Positions 48,869 through 61,201 of a stretch of 64,000 nt of DNA are shown here, piece after piece. Source of the DNA: an uncultured Planctomycetales bacterium (GTDB lineage: Bacteria; Omnitrophota; Gorgyraeia; Zapsychrales; Fredricksoniimonadaceae); assembly GCA_964483785.1 (NCBI GenBank), contig CAZACW010000007.1:375-64374 (forward strand), in the 5' to 3' direction. The stretch's first letter is position 1. Every line of letters starts with the position of its first letter. Below the pieces are notes generated by a model. That model was given only the letters and a program-made list of their open reading frames with translations. It ran no database searches and was not told the origin of the DNA. The position numbers were made by a program, and so were the translations under genes.

Positions 48869-49037
48869 ATTGATGTGGATAAGGCCTTGGGCTTATCCAA
48901 GGGTTATCCACAACTGTTAATAGCTCTAACCGTATTCAAATAATCAGGTTTTGTTCTTAATTCAACTTATCCACAGGCCCTATTACAATTTCTACTGATT
49001 GGCCCAAGGGCTTCCAAAATCATATTAGGCAAAGGTT
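48869..49037. promoter_or_regulatory. Putative oriC core: cluster of DnaA boxes (TGTGGATAA at ~48875, TTATCCAAG at ~48898, TTATCCACA at ~48913 and ~48975) between dnaA and dnaN
   Basis: Three perfect and one near-perfect 9-mers seen directly; the first two form an inverted pair. Confidence 0.7.
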
Positions 49038-49043
49038 GTGCAT

Positions 49044-50132
49044 ATGAAAATCAAGTCGAATAAAGAAGAACTTCAGGCCGCCATCGCAACGGTCAGCAAT
49101 ATCGTTTCGCCCAAAACCACCTTACCTATATTATCCAACATGCTCTTGGAGACGCATAACAGCGCTTTAAAGCTCAACACCACGGATTTGGACATCGGGA
49201 TATCTTGTGAATTGCCTGTGCATGTGTATGAACAAGGGGCGATCACGATTCCGGCCAAGCGTTTCAGCGATATTGTGCGGGAACTGCCGGCCGGCGATGT
49301 GGTGATTTCCGCGCGCAAGAACAATCAGATTGAAATCGAAGGCCTAAACTGCAGTTTTAAACTCAACGGCCTGCCTAAAGAGGAGTTTCCCAAATTCCCG
49401 GAGTTTAAAGACAAGGACGCGGTGTTGATCAAACAGGCGGACTTAAAAGAGATGATCCGCTTGACCAGTTTCGCGGTCTCCTATGAGGAATCCCGCTATG
49501 TTTTAAACGGGATTCTGCTGGAAGTGGCAGGGGAGGTGGCGCGCATGGTCGCCACCGACGGAAGGCGCCTGGCCAAGATGGAAAGAAAACTACTGCACCC
49601 CGCGCACAAGGAATTCCATATCATCATCCCGATCAAGGCCATCCATGAAATCAACCGCAATTTGAAGGACGAGGGGCAGGTGAGCATCATCAACGGCACG
49701 ACCCAAGTCCTGTTTAATATTGACGGGGTCTTAATCGCCACCCGCATCATCGAAGGGGAGTTTCCCAATTACAAGCAGGTGATCCCTAAGGAAATCCCGC
49801 ACAAGGTGAGGCTTAAAACCGCGCATCATCTCTCCGCGATCCGCCGGGCCAATCTGCTTTCGACCCCGGATTTTCAGGCGGTGAAATTCGAACTTTTCAA
49901 GGACAAGCTGGTGATTTCCAAATCGACACCGGATATCGGCGAGCACCGGGAAGAAATCGACATCGCTTACGGGCACCAGGAGCTGATCGCCGGGTTTAAC
50001 CCGCAGTTTTTCATCGATGTCTTAAAGCAGCTGCCGCAGGATGAGATTGAACTGGAATTTTTAGGGCCCGACAAGCCGTGCGTCCTGCGCACGCCGGACT
50101 ATTTGTACCTGGCCCTGCCCATGAGGCTTTAA
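49044..50132 (+). CDS. dnaN: DNA polymerase III beta subunit (sliding clamp)
   Basis: Three-domain clamp homology; an RBS aaagg lies 8 nt before the ATG at 49044 (the track uses GTG at 49038). Confidence 0.9.
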   Translation: MKIKSNKEELQAAIATVSNIVSPKTTLPILSNMLLETHNSALKLNTTDLDIGISCELPVHVYEQGAITIPAKRFSDIVRELPAGDVVISARKNNQIEIEGLNCSFKLNGLPKEEFPKFPEFKDKDAVLIKQADLKEMIRLTSFAVSYEESRYVLNGILLEVAGEVARMVATDGRRLAKMERKLLHPAHKEFHIIIPIKAIHEINRNLKDEGQVSIINGTTQVLFNIDGVLIATRIIEGEFPNYKQVIPKEIPHKVRLKTAHHLSAIRRANLLSTPDFQAVKFELFKDKLVISKSTPDIGEHREEIDIAYGHQELIAGFNPQFFIDVLKQLPQDEIELEFLGPDKPCVLRTPDYLYLALPMRL

Positions 50133-50150
50133 GATCAAGGGGAGGCGGCC

Positions 50151-52891
<2,741 letters not shown>

Positions 52892-52913
52892 ACTGTAGAA
52901 AGGCCTTATTGTC

Positions 52914-55370
52914 ATGTCACGCGATTTGAACAAAAAAGAACGGGTGATCCCGGTCTATATCGAAGAGGAAATGAAGAATTCCTACCTGTCCTATTCCATG
53001 TCCGTGATCGTGGGCCGCGCCCTGCCGGACGTGCGCGACGGCCTCAAGCCCGTGCACCGGCGCATCCTCTTTGCCATGAAGGAGCTCAATCTCGAGCACA
53101 ACAAGCCCTACAAGAAAAGCGCGCGTATCGTCGGGGAAGTGCTGGGCAAATACCATCCCCACGGGGACTCCGCGGTCTATGACACCATGGTGCGCATGGT
53201 GCAGGACTTTTCCCTGCGCTATCCTTTGATCGACGGCCAGGGCAATTTCGGCTCCATCGACGGCGACGCGGCCGCGGCCATGCGTTACACCGAGGCCAGG
53301 ATGGATGCCGTGGCCGAGGAAATGCTCAATGATATCGAGAAGCAGACCGTTGATTTCAGCCCCAATTTCGACGGGTCCTTGGAAGAGCCCGACATCCTGC
53401 CGGCCATGATCCCCAATCTTTTGGTCAACGGCTCCTCCGGGATCGCCGTGGGCATGGCCACCAACATGGCCCCGCACAATCTGGGCGAGATCACAGACGG
53501 CCTGGTGTTTCTGCTGGATAATCCCGAGGCCACGATCAAGGAATTGATGAAATGCGTCAAGGGGCCGGATTTCCCGACGGCAGGCATCATCTGCGGCCGG
53601 GAGGGCTTTACCGACGCCTACAATACCGGCCGCGGCAAGGTGATCCTGCGGGCCCGGGCCAGCATCGAGCAGCAGAAGAGCAACAAGGAAGCGATCATCA
53701 TCACCGAGATCCCCTATCAGGTCAACAAGGCCAATCTGATTTTAAACATCGCGGACTTGGTGCAGAACAAGCAGGTGGACGGGATCACGGACATCCGCGA
53801 CGAGAGCGACAAGGACGGCATCCGGGTGGTGATCGAACTGCGGCGCGACGTGGACGCGAATATTGTCCTCAACTACCTTTTCAAGCACACCCAGATGGAG
53901 ATCACCTTCGGGATCATCAACCTGGCCTTGGTCAACAAGTCCCCTAAGGTCCTGAATTTGAAGCAATTGATGCACCATTACCTCGTCCACCGGCGGGTGG
54001 TGATCCGCCGGCGCACCCAATTTGATTTGGACAAGGCCCTGCGCCGCGCCCATATCCTGGAGGGCTTAAGGATCGCCTTTAAGCACCTGGATGAGATCAT
54101 CAAGACCATCCGCGCTTCCAAGACCACGGCCGACGCCAAGGAAGCCCTGATGAAGAAATTCGAACTCACCGAGGCGCAGGCCGTGGCCATCCTGGAGATG
54201 CAGCTGCAGCGCCTGGCCGCCCTGGAGCGCGACAAGATCGAGGCGGAATACCAGCAGCTCTTGAAGGACATCGATAATTTCCGCGCGATTTTGGCCTCGG
54301 AGAAAAGGGTGGACGGCCTCATCAAGGAAGAGCTGGAGGAGATCAAGAAAAAATATGCCGATGAGCGCCGCACGGAAATCGCGGCCAAGGCCGAGGACAT
54401 CGCCATCGAGGACATGATCGCCGAGGAGGACATGGCCATCACCATCAGCAACAAGGGCTATGTCAAGCGCCTGGCCGTGGACAGCTACCGCTCCCAGAAG
54501 CGCGGGGGCAAGGGGGTCACGGCCATGACCACCTCCGACGAGGACTTTGTGGAGCGCATGTTTGTGGCCTCGTCCAAGGACTTTTTGTTGATATTCTCGA
54601 ATTTGGGCGCCGTGCGCTGGCTCAAAGTTTATGAAATCCCGGTGGCTTCGCGCACCGCCAAGGGCAAGGCCATCGTGAATTTGCTGTCGTTCAAGCCCGA
54701 GGAGAAGATCAGCGCCATCGTGGCGGTGAAGGAATTCAGGGAAGACCAATTCCTGGTCTTTGCCACCAAACAGGGCCTGGTCAAGAAGACCAAGGTCTCT
54801 GCCTACAACAACCCCCGCAAAGGCGGCATCGTCGGCATAGGCCTGGAGCCTAAGGATGAGCTCATCGGTGTTGCTTTAAGCAACGGCAAGGAAGATGTGC
54901 TGCTGGCCACGCGCGAGGGCATTTCCTTGAGATTTCCCGAGAAGCAGCTGCGCGAGATGGGGCGTTCGGCCAAGGGAGTGCGCGGCATCAACCTGGAAAA
55001 GGGCGACTTTGTCGTGGGCATGCTGGTTTTTGCGCCGGACGTGGACAAGACCGGCGCCAAACTGCTCTCCGTCTGTGAATTGGGCTTTGCCAAGCGCTCG
55101 GACTTTACCGAGTACCGTACCCAGGCGCGCGGGGGCAAGGGGATCATCAACGTCAAGATCACCGAGAAAAACGGCAGCGTGGTGGGCGTGATGGCTGTTT
55201 CCGACGGGGATGAGATCATGGCCGTGACCAAGAAAGGCATGGTGGTGCGCTCCTCGCCGGCCGAGATCCGCGAGACCGGCCGCAGCGCCGTGGGCGTACG
55301 CCTGATTTCCATGGAGTCCGGGGACAAGGTCTCCTCCATCGCCCACGTCGTCAGCCACGAAGAAGAATAG
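52914..55370 (+). CDS. gyrA: DNA gyrase subunit A
   Basis: Active-site Tyr region (AAMRYTE), GyrA box and C-terminal beta-pinwheel repeats. Confidence 0.95.
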   Translation: MSRDLNKKERVIPVYIEEEMKNSYLSYSMSVIVGRALPDVRDGLKPVHRRILFAMKELNLEHNKPYKKSARIVGEVLGKYHPHGDSAVYDTMVRMVQDFSLRYPLIDGQGNFGSIDGDAAAAMRYTEARMDAVAEEMLNDIEKQTVDFSPNFDGSLEEPDILPAMIPNLLVNGSSGIAVGMATNMAPHNLGEITDGLVFLLDNPEATIKELMKCVKGPDFPTAGIICGREGFTDAYNTGRGKVILRARASIEQQKSNKEAIIITEIPYQVNKANLILNIADLVQNKQVDGITDIRDESDKDGIRVVIELRRDVDANIVLNYLFKHTQMEITFGIINLALVNKSPKVLNLKQLMHHYLVHRRVVIRRRTQFDLDKALRRAHILEGLRIAFKHLDEIIKTIRASKTTADAKEALMKKFELTEAQAVAILEMQLQRLAALERDKIEAEYQQLLKDIDNFRAILASEKRVDGLIKEELEEIKKKYADERRTEIAAKAEDIAIEDMIAEEDMAITISNKGYVKRLAVDSYRSQKRGGKGVTAMTTSDEDFVERMFVASSKDFLLIFSNLGAVRWLKVYEIPVASRTAKGKAIVNLLSFKPEEKISAIVAVKEFREDQFLVFATKQGLVKKTKVSAYNNPRKGGIVGIGLEPKDELIGVALSNGKEDVLLATREGISLRFPEKQLREMGRSAKGVRGINLEKGDFVVGMLVFAPDVDKTGAKLLSVCELGFAKRSDFTEYRTQARGGKGIINVKITEKNGSVVGVMAVSDGDEIMAVTKKGMVVRSSPAEIRETGRSAVGVRLISMESGDKVSSIAHVVSHEEE

Positions 55371-55375
55371 TTTCA

Positions 55376-55405
55376 ACTTGACGAAAAGGGCCGCCGTCCT
55401 ATAAT
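55376..55405 (+). promoter_or_regulatory. Sigma-70-like promoter (TTGACG-17nt-TATAAT) upstream of tRNA-Glu
   Basis: cttgacgaaaagggccgccgtcctataat. Confidence 0.5.
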
Positions 55406-55430
55406 AGCGGATTCCATCCGCAATTTTTTA

Positions 55431-55504
55431 GACCCCATCGTCTAGCCTGGTCAGGACACGAGCTTTTCAAGCTCGCAGCACGGGTTCAAATCCCGTTGGG
55501 GTCG
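55431..55504 (+). tRNA. tRNA-Glu (UUC)
   Basis: Hand-folded: 7-bp acceptor GACCCCA/TGGGGTC, anticodon loop ttTTCaa, T-loop GGTTCAAATCC. Confidence 0.8.
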
Positions 55505-55545
55505 TTAATTTTGAAAGGGCATTTTGCCCTTTCAAAATTAATAAC
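55505..55545 (+). terminator. Perfect 17-bp-stem hairpin (TTAATTTTGAAAGGGCA tt TGCCCTTTCAAAATTAA) immediately after tRNA-Glu
   Basis: Seen in the sequence. Confidence 0.7.
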
Positions 55546-55623
55546 CGCCTTCGCGTTTGAAGCTCTCAGACGAGTCAGATGCGGGAGGGTTGACGAGCAA
55601 GAGAGCGTTCACTGAAGCCTTTT

Positions 55624-55670
55624 CCCGTTGGGGTCGTTAATTTTGAAAGGGCATTTGCCCTTTCAAAATT
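55624..55670 (+). repeat. Direct repeat of the tRNA-Glu 3' end (13 nt) plus the terminator hairpin, 47/48 identical to 55493..55540
   Basis: cccgttggggtcgttaattttgaaagggcatttgccctttcaaaatt. Confidence 0.8.
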
Positions 55671-55682
55671 GAGGAGGGCAAC

Positions 55683-56330
55683 ATGCTTACCATCTACGGT
55701 TCCGACCTTTCCGGCCCAGCCATCAAGGTCCGCTTGACCGCCGCTTATTTAGGGATTGCCCACCAATGGCAGGTCCTCAATCTGCGCGAGGGCGAGCATA
55801 AGCAGGAATGGTTTTTAAAGATCAATCCCGCGGGCAAGATCCCGGCCATCGACGACGACGGCTTCCGCCTGTTTGAAAGCAATGCCATCTGCCGCTATTT
55901 GTGCGACAAGCACAACGCGCCCCTTTACCCCAAGGAGACCAGGCCGCGCGCCGTCATTGACCAATGGATCGATTTTATTTCTTTTCATATAGGCGCCAAT
56001 TTCATGCCCATTGTCTACAACCGGGTCTTTGCCCCGCGCCGCGGCCTGCCGGTCAATGCAGCCGCCATTGCCGACGGAGAAAAATTTCTCAAACAATATT
56101 TTCCGGTCATTGAACAACAGCTGGAGGGGCATCGCATGATCGCCGGGGACGAGCTGAGCCTGGCGGATATCATCCTTTTGGCCCTGCTCGAGCCTGCGGA
56201 GATGGCCCAATACGATCTTTGCGCCTACCCCAAGCTCTCGGCCTGGCGCGCTTTTTTAAAGAAACAGCCGTTTTATACCAGCTGTTATAAGGAATACGGG
56301 GAGATTTTAAAAACCCCTGCGGCGCGCTGA
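55683..56330 (+). CDS. Glutathione S-transferase family protein
   Basis: GST N-domain (...KINPAGKIPAIDDDGFRLFESNAICRYL...) and C-domain. Confidence 0.8.
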   Translation: MLTIYGSDLSGPAIKVRLTAAYLGIAHQWQVLNLREGEHKQEWFLKINPAGKIPAIDDDGFRLFESNAICRYLCDKHNAPLYPKETRPRAVIDQWIDFISFHIGANFMPIVYNRVFAPRRGLPVNAAAIADGEKFLKQYFPVIEQQLEGHRMIAGDELSLADIILLALLEPAEMAQYDLCAYPKLSAWRAFLKKQPFYTSCYKEYGEILKTPAAR

Positions 56331-56342
56331 TCAAACCGTGCG

Positions 56343-57158
56343 ATGACCAAGACACCAGGAATTTTGAAAATTGCCCTTTTGCAGTTTAGCGCCGGGACGG
56401 ACAAAGGTTCGAATCTCAAGACCGCCCTGGCGCTGACACAGGAGGCCCTGGCCAAGGGCGCCCAAGGCGTTCTGCTTCCGGAAGTTTTTAATTTTCGGGG
56501 CGATGCGAAGGACCAAGAAGCTTTTCGCGCGGCCAGGGAAAATATACCAGGCCCGACGGTGGAAGCCTTCCGGCCCCTGGCCCGGCGCGCCAAGGCCTTT
56601 ATTTTGCTGGGCTCCCTGCTGGAGCGCGCGCCCCAAGGCCTTGCCTATAACACGTCGGTATTCCTGGATGGCTGCGGGCAGATCCAGGCCCGGTACCGCA
56701 AAATCCATTTATTCGATGCCCGGCTGGCGGATAAGATCATCCGGGAAGCAGAGCTCATGAAGGCAGGGCAGCGTCCGGCCTTGGCCAGGGCAGGGGCCTT
56801 TACCTTCGGCCTTTCCGTCTGCTATGATCTGCGTTTTCCTGATCTTTACCAGCGCTATGCGCGCCAAGGGGCAAAGGTCTTGACGGTCCCGTCGTGTTTT
56901 ACCCGCAAAACCGGCGAGGCGCATTGGGAGCCCCTGCTGCGGGCCCGCGCCATTGAAAATTTGTCCTATGTGCTGGCGCCGGCCCAGGTCGGCACAGACC
57001 GCCGGGGCATCCAGGCCCATGGCCACAGCATGATTGTCGCGCCGTGGGGGGAGATCATCGCTGAAGGCAGCGGCGATCGGGAAGAGATCATTTTCGGTCA
57101 AATCGAGATGGAAGAAGTGCAGAAAGCCAGAAAGGCCTTGCCGGGCGTCTTAAAATAG
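56343..57158 (+). CDS. Carbon-nitrogen hydrolase (nitrilase superfamily) protein
   Basis: E-K-C triad context (...LLPEVF..., ...RKIHLFD..., ...GLSVCYDLRFP...). Confidence 0.8.
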   Translation: MTKTPGILKIALLQFSAGTDKGSNLKTALALTQEALAKGAQGVLLPEVFNFRGDAKDQEAFRAARENIPGPTVEAFRPLARRAKAFILLGSLLERAPQGLAYNTSVFLDGCGQIQARYRKIHLFDARLADKIIREAELMKAGQRPALARAGAFTFGLSVCYDLRFPDLYQRYARQGAKVLTVPSCFTRKTGEAHWEPLLRARAIENLSYVLAPAQVGTDRRGIQAHGHSMIVAPWGEIIAEGSGDREEIIFGQIEMEEVQKARKALPGVLK

Positions 57159-57220
57159 GGGACAGCGCCCTATTTTTCAGCATGACGTGAAATAAAAATA
57201 GGGCGCTGTCCCCTATTTTT
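57155..57220. repeat. PR2 hairpin element copy B, overlapping the nitrilase-family gene stop codon; behaves as a bidirectional terminator
   Basis: ATAGGGGACAGCGCCCTATTTTT-cagcatgacgtgaaat-AAAAATAGGGCGCTGTCCCCTATTTTT. Confidence 0.85.
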
Positions 57221-57330
57221 AAGCCCGCCGGCCAGACGGCTGTTTCCGCTGAGCTTATGGCCCATCCCTAATTTGTATTGAAGCTCATATTAGCCGCGGT
57301 TATAATCATTTAAACATAAATTGGTTGTAA

Positions 57331-57837
57331 ATGAGGTGGCGGATGTTTTACGGAGAAGCATTCAAGGCGTTAAATAAAGCCAAGGTGAAGTATGTCGTTG
57401 CCGGAGGGGTGGCCGTTGTTTTATACGGATATACACGCAATACCGGTGATTTGGATTTAATTGTTTTTTTAGAAGAAAAAAATTTAAAGAAATTATATGA
57501 TGCTTTAAAATCGGTGGGTTATTTGCCCAAAGTCCCTGTTACTCAAGAACAATTTTGTGATGCAAAACTGCGCCATGATTGGAAAAAAACAAAGGGGATG
57601 ATCGTATTTTCATTTGTAGATAAAAATCCTCCATTCCAATTAATTGATATGTTTGTCGATGAACCCATAGACTTTAGAGAACTTTATAAAAAGAAGAAAG
57701 TCATAACGGTAGAAGGGGTTTCTATCCCACTCATTAATATCAATCATCTTATTAAGCTTAAAAAAAAGGCCGGCCGCTTTAAAGATTTAGATGACGTTCT
57801 TCAATTAAATGAAATCAAACGGCTCCAGAAAATATGA
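57331..57837 (+). CDS. Minimal nucleotidyltransferase-fold protein (AbiEii/MNT-like) in an AT-rich segment
   Basis: ...VVAGGVAVVLYGYTRNTGDLDLIVF... is the NTase G[SG]x9-13Dx[DE] motif. A 55-aa ORF (57834..58001) overlaps its stop (ATGA). Confidence 0.5.
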   Translation: MRWRMFYGEAFKALNKAKVKYVVAGGVAVVLYGYTRNTGDLDLIVFLEEKNLKKLYDALKSVGYLPKVPVTQEQFCDAKLRHDWKKTKGMIVFSFVDKNPPFQLIDMFVDEPIDFRELYKKKKVITVEGVSIPLININHLIKLKKKAGRFKDLDDVLQLNEIKRLQKI

Positions 57838-57925
57838 AAGCCATTAAAGTTAAAAAGAGAAACCCCAATATTTATGAACATCTGGAACATTACGTCAAGC
57901 ATACGACCTATGCTCAACGCCTGCA

Positions 57926-58150
57926 ATGGCTGGAACAAGCCAATGCATTTGTCCGCATGATTGGGCGCAAGCGCAAAAAAGGGACCTTGTTTGCAGATTG
58001 AATGCGGGCAGATTAAAGGCCAAGAAGGGTTCGGGGAAGGCGATTATAGCGACGGCACGTAAATGGTTAGGAATTATTTACAACACCCTTAAGAATAAGT
58101 GGGTGTTTGAAGACGTTGCAAGTTATAAACTGGCGCCGCAGTGCGCTTAA
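57926..58150 (+). mobile_element. IS110-family transposase C-terminal remnant
   Basis: ...KAIIATARKWLGIIYNTLKN... is the conserved IS110 C-terminal motif; a fragment only. Confidence 0.5.
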
Positions 58151-58200
58151 TAACATCAGTTGAGTAGAATCAATTTTTTTTTAATATCTTAGGAGGGAGC

Positions 58201-59181
58201 ATGTCCAATCGCATCAAGGTCGCTGTCACCGGTGCCGCGGGCCAGATCGGCTACGCGCTTTTGTTTCGCATCGCCGCCGGAGAAATGTTCGGGCCTGACA
58301 CCCAAATCGATTTAAGCCTGCTCGAATTAGAGAAGGCCCTGCCGGCCTTAAGCGGGGTGGTGATGGAGCTTAACGATTGCGCCTTTCCCTTGCTGCGCTC
58401 GGTCGCCCTTTTTTCAGACCCTAACGCGGCGTTTCAGGATTTGGACTGGGCCCTTTTGATCGGCAGCGTGCCCCGCAAGGAGGGGATGGAGCGCAGCGAC
58501 CTTTTAAAGATCAACGGCGGGGTCTTTACCGTGCAGGGCCGGGCCCTTTCTGCACACGCCAAGCCCGGCTGCAAGGTCCTGGTGGTGGGCAATCCCTGCA
58601 ACACCAACGCCTATATCGCCAAAAGCGTCTGCAAGAATATCCCCCCTCAAAATTTTTTCGCCATGACCATGCTCGACGAGAACCGTGCCCGCACCCAGCT
58701 GGCGCAAAAAGCCAAGGCCCCGGTCAGCGGTGTTAAGAATGTGGCCATCTGGGGCAATCATTCCGCGACCCAATATCCGGATTTTTACAACGCGGCCATC
58801 AACGGCCGCCCGGCCATGGACAGCATCAAGGACGAGGCCTGGCTGCAGGGCCCCTTCATTGAGACCGTGCAAAAACGGGGGGCCGCAGTGATCAAGGCCC
58901 GCGGCCTTTCTTCCGTCGCTTCGGCCGCAAACGCAGTGGTCGATACCGTCCGCCGCATCATCACCCCCACCCCCGCAGGAGAATTTTTTTCAGCGGCAGT
59001 TTGTTCCGATGGCAGTTACGGCATTGAGCCGGGCCTGATCTTCGGCTTTCCGGTGCGCTCCAACGGCCGGGAATGCGCCATTGTCCAGGGGATCAAGCAT
59101 AATGCCTTTGCCCAGGCCAAAATCAAGGCCACCTATGATGAACTGCTCGCGGAAAAGCAGGCCGTCGCTGAAATAATTTGA
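58201..59181 (+). CDS. mdh: Malate dehydrogenase (LDH-like NAD-dependent)
   Basis: [19 protein letters not shown] Rossmann motif and MDH substrate-loop residues. Confidence 0.9.
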   Translation: MSNRIKVAVTGAAGQIGYALLFRIAAGEMFGPDTQIDLSLLELEKALPALSGVVMELNDCAFPLLRSVALFSDPNAAFQDLDWALLIGSVPRKEGMERSDLLKINGGVFTVQGRALSAHAKPGCKVLVVGNPCNTNAYIAKSVCKNIPPQNFFAMTMLDENRARTQLAQKAKAPVSGVKNVAIWGNHSATQYPDFYNAAINGRPAMDSIKDEAWLQGPFIETVQKRGAAVIKARGLSSVASAANAVVDTVRRIITPTPAGEFFSAAVCSDGSYGIEPGLIFGFPVRSNGRECAIVQGIKHNAFAQAKIKATYDELLAEKQAVAEII

Positions 59182-59348
59182 CTTTTTATTGACCCTCACA
59201 AAATCTTCATATATCATTTTATCTATTGGGCGAGAATAAGTTACGATACAAATTTGAAGAATTTACAAGGAAAAATCAGGGCCGCGGCTTGTTTTTTTGC
59301 AATTGGCCGTATATACTTTAATAGATTTTTTATCATAGGGAGAGTTTT

Positions 59349-60320
59349 ATGAAAATGTCTGGCTTGTCAGGTTTAGCCTTGTTTTCTTTGTTTCTAGTTT
59401 GTGTCAGTATTGCCGGCTGTGATTGGCTGGGCTTAGGCTCCAAAAAACAGGACAATGCCCAAAGCCAGCCTGCCGCTTCACCCACTGCGCCCGCCGCCCC
59501 CGCGCCTGCCGTTCAAAATATTTCAGACAACAGCGGTCCCTTGCCCGGCAATGCCCTGGTGCGCATCGGCAAATGGACCTTGACCGCCGAAGAATTCAAT
59601 GACCGTGTCGCCCTTTTAAAACAGCAGCTGCCGGATTTCAAGGCAGACGATGCCAACAGCAAAAAGGCCGTCCTGGAAGAACTGGTCCGCCAGCAATTAT
59701 TGGTGGATGACGCCGAGAATTCCGGCCTGGCGGATACAAAGGAAGTGAAGGACGCTGTGGAGGATTTCCGCAAGACCCTGCTCGTGCAGGAATTGGCCGG
59801 CAAGCTCACCAAGGAAATCGCAGCCACCGAGGACGATGCCCGCGTGTATTATGACGCGAACAAGTCCAAATTTGCCGAACCGGTCAAATGGAGCGTGCGC
59901 GAGATCATCGTGGCGGATGAGGCCACGGCCAAGGGCCTGCTGGTGCAGATTTTGCAGGGCGCTGATTTTGCCCAGCTCGCCCAGGCCCAGTCCAAGGGGG
60001 CCACGGCCGCCGACGGCGGGAAGCTGAAACCTTTCACCAGCGCCAAAGCGCCGTTTGAAGCCATGGATACCGCGATCGCTAATTTGGAAGAAGGCGGCGT
60101 CAGCGCCGCGTTTAAGGGGCCGCAAGGCTATTACATCGTAAAGGTCGATTCTAAAACAGGCGGCATGGTCAAGTCCTTCGCGGAAATCAAGAAGGACCTG
60201 ATTTATGGGTTGACCCTGCAGAAACAGCAGGAGAAGATCCTCAGCCACCTGAGAGACTTGGCGCAGAAGGACAAGCCGGAGTATAACCAGGACTTGATCG
60301 TCCAAGTCGTCGGTAAATGA
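59349..60320 (+). CDS. Lipoprotein peptidyl-prolyl isomerase (SurA/PrsA-like, parvulin domain)
   Basis: Lipobox ...SIAGC, SurA-N-like region, PpiC domain (...GPQGYYIVKV...). Confidence 0.7.
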   Translation: MKMSGLSGLALFSLFLVCVSIAGCDWLGLGSKKQDNAQSQPAASPTAPAAPAPAVQNISDNSGPLPGNALVRIGKWTLTAEEFNDRVALLKQQLPDFKADDANSKKAVLEELVRQQLLVDDAENSGLADTKEVKDAVEDFRKTLLVQELAGKLTKEIAATEDDARVYYDANKSKFAEPVKWSVREIIVADEATAKGLLVQILQGADFAQLAQAQSKGATAADGGKLKPFTSAKAPFEAMDTAIANLEEGGVSAAFKGPQGYYIVKVDSKTGGMVKSFAEIKKDLIYGLTLQKQQEKILSHLRDLAQKDKPEYNQDLIVQVVGK

Positions 60321-60341
60321 GAATACACACTGGAGGGTCCA

Positions 60342-61196
60342 TTGCCTCTCGAGAATAGAAAACAGATCATCATCATCGCCGGTGCCGTGATCGCCGGCGT
60401 TGTGGCGGTTTTTTTGACCAGCAATTATGTCAGGGTCAGCATCCAGAAACAGACCGCGACCCTGGCCGAGCATTATGACGCCAAGCAAAAGGCGGCCATG
60501 GGCCAATTGGAACAGAAGAGCGCAATGCAGATGGCGGCCCTGGCGCAGGAACTGCAGCGCGTGAAGACCGAACAGGCCCAGGACACCAAACGCCAGATCG
60601 ATTCCATGAAGGCGGCCCTGGAGCAGGCCGAGGCGCGCGCCCGCCAGCCTGTGGTGGTGGCGCCTGTCAAGGTCCGCAAGCCGTCCTTGGCCTTAAAGAC
60701 GCCCGCGGGCAAACGCGCGGTGACCGTGATGATCAGTTCCCTGGAAGCCGTGGGCGGCCTGCTTAATCCCGGAGATTTTGTGGACGTGATCGCCCAGCTG
60801 AGTGTCCCGGCCCAGGATGTGGACAAGAAAAACGTCACGGCGATGATTTTTCAGGGCCTGCAAGTCTTGGCCATCAACACCAATTTGGATGATCCCGGGG
60901 CCTATGACGACCAGCAGGCGGCCCCGGCCTTAAAGATCACCCTGGCGGTGGACCCTCAGGAAGCCGGGCTTTTGTCTTTTGCCAACAAGAACGGTTCCAT
61001 CCAGCTGGCCCTGCGCTCGCCGGATGAGACCGAACATCAAATGGTCAAGGCCTCCACCTGGAAGACCTTGGCGGATTATGTGATGAAAAACCAGGGCGTC
61101 AACATTCAGGACCCCGACGGGGAAAATGCCAACGCCAAACCCATCGAAAACAACAAGCCGGCCATCCAGATCTATAGGGCCGGCAAGGAATTATAG
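60342..61196 (+). CDS. cpaB: Flp/Tad pilus assembly protein CpaB/RcpC
   Basis: N-terminal TM, SAF/CpaB motifs (...NPGDFVDVIA..., ...LQVLAINT...). Confidence 0.7.
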   Translation: MPLENRKQIIIIAGAVIAGVVAVFLTSNYVRVSIQKQTATLAEHYDAKQKAAMGQLEQKSAMQMAALAQELQRVKTEQAQDTKRQIDSMKAALEQAEARARQPVVVAPVKVRKPSLALKTPAGKRAVTVMISSLEAVGGLLNPGDFVDVIAQLSVPAQDVDKKNVTAMIFQGLQVLAINTNLDDPGAYDDQQAAPALKITLAVDPQEAGLLSFANKNGSIQLALRSPDETEHQMVKASTWKTLADYVMKNQGVNIQDPDGENANAKPIENNKPAIQIYRAGKEL

Positions 61197-61201
61197 ACCC
61201 T

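Noticed and set aside
55560-55642. Possible second tRNA between the two tRNA-Glu 3'-end copies
   Set aside because: Only the last 13 nt match a tRNA. There is no D-arm or anticodon arm, and the T-loop (GTTCAAATC) is missing, so this is a fragment or scar rather than a gene.
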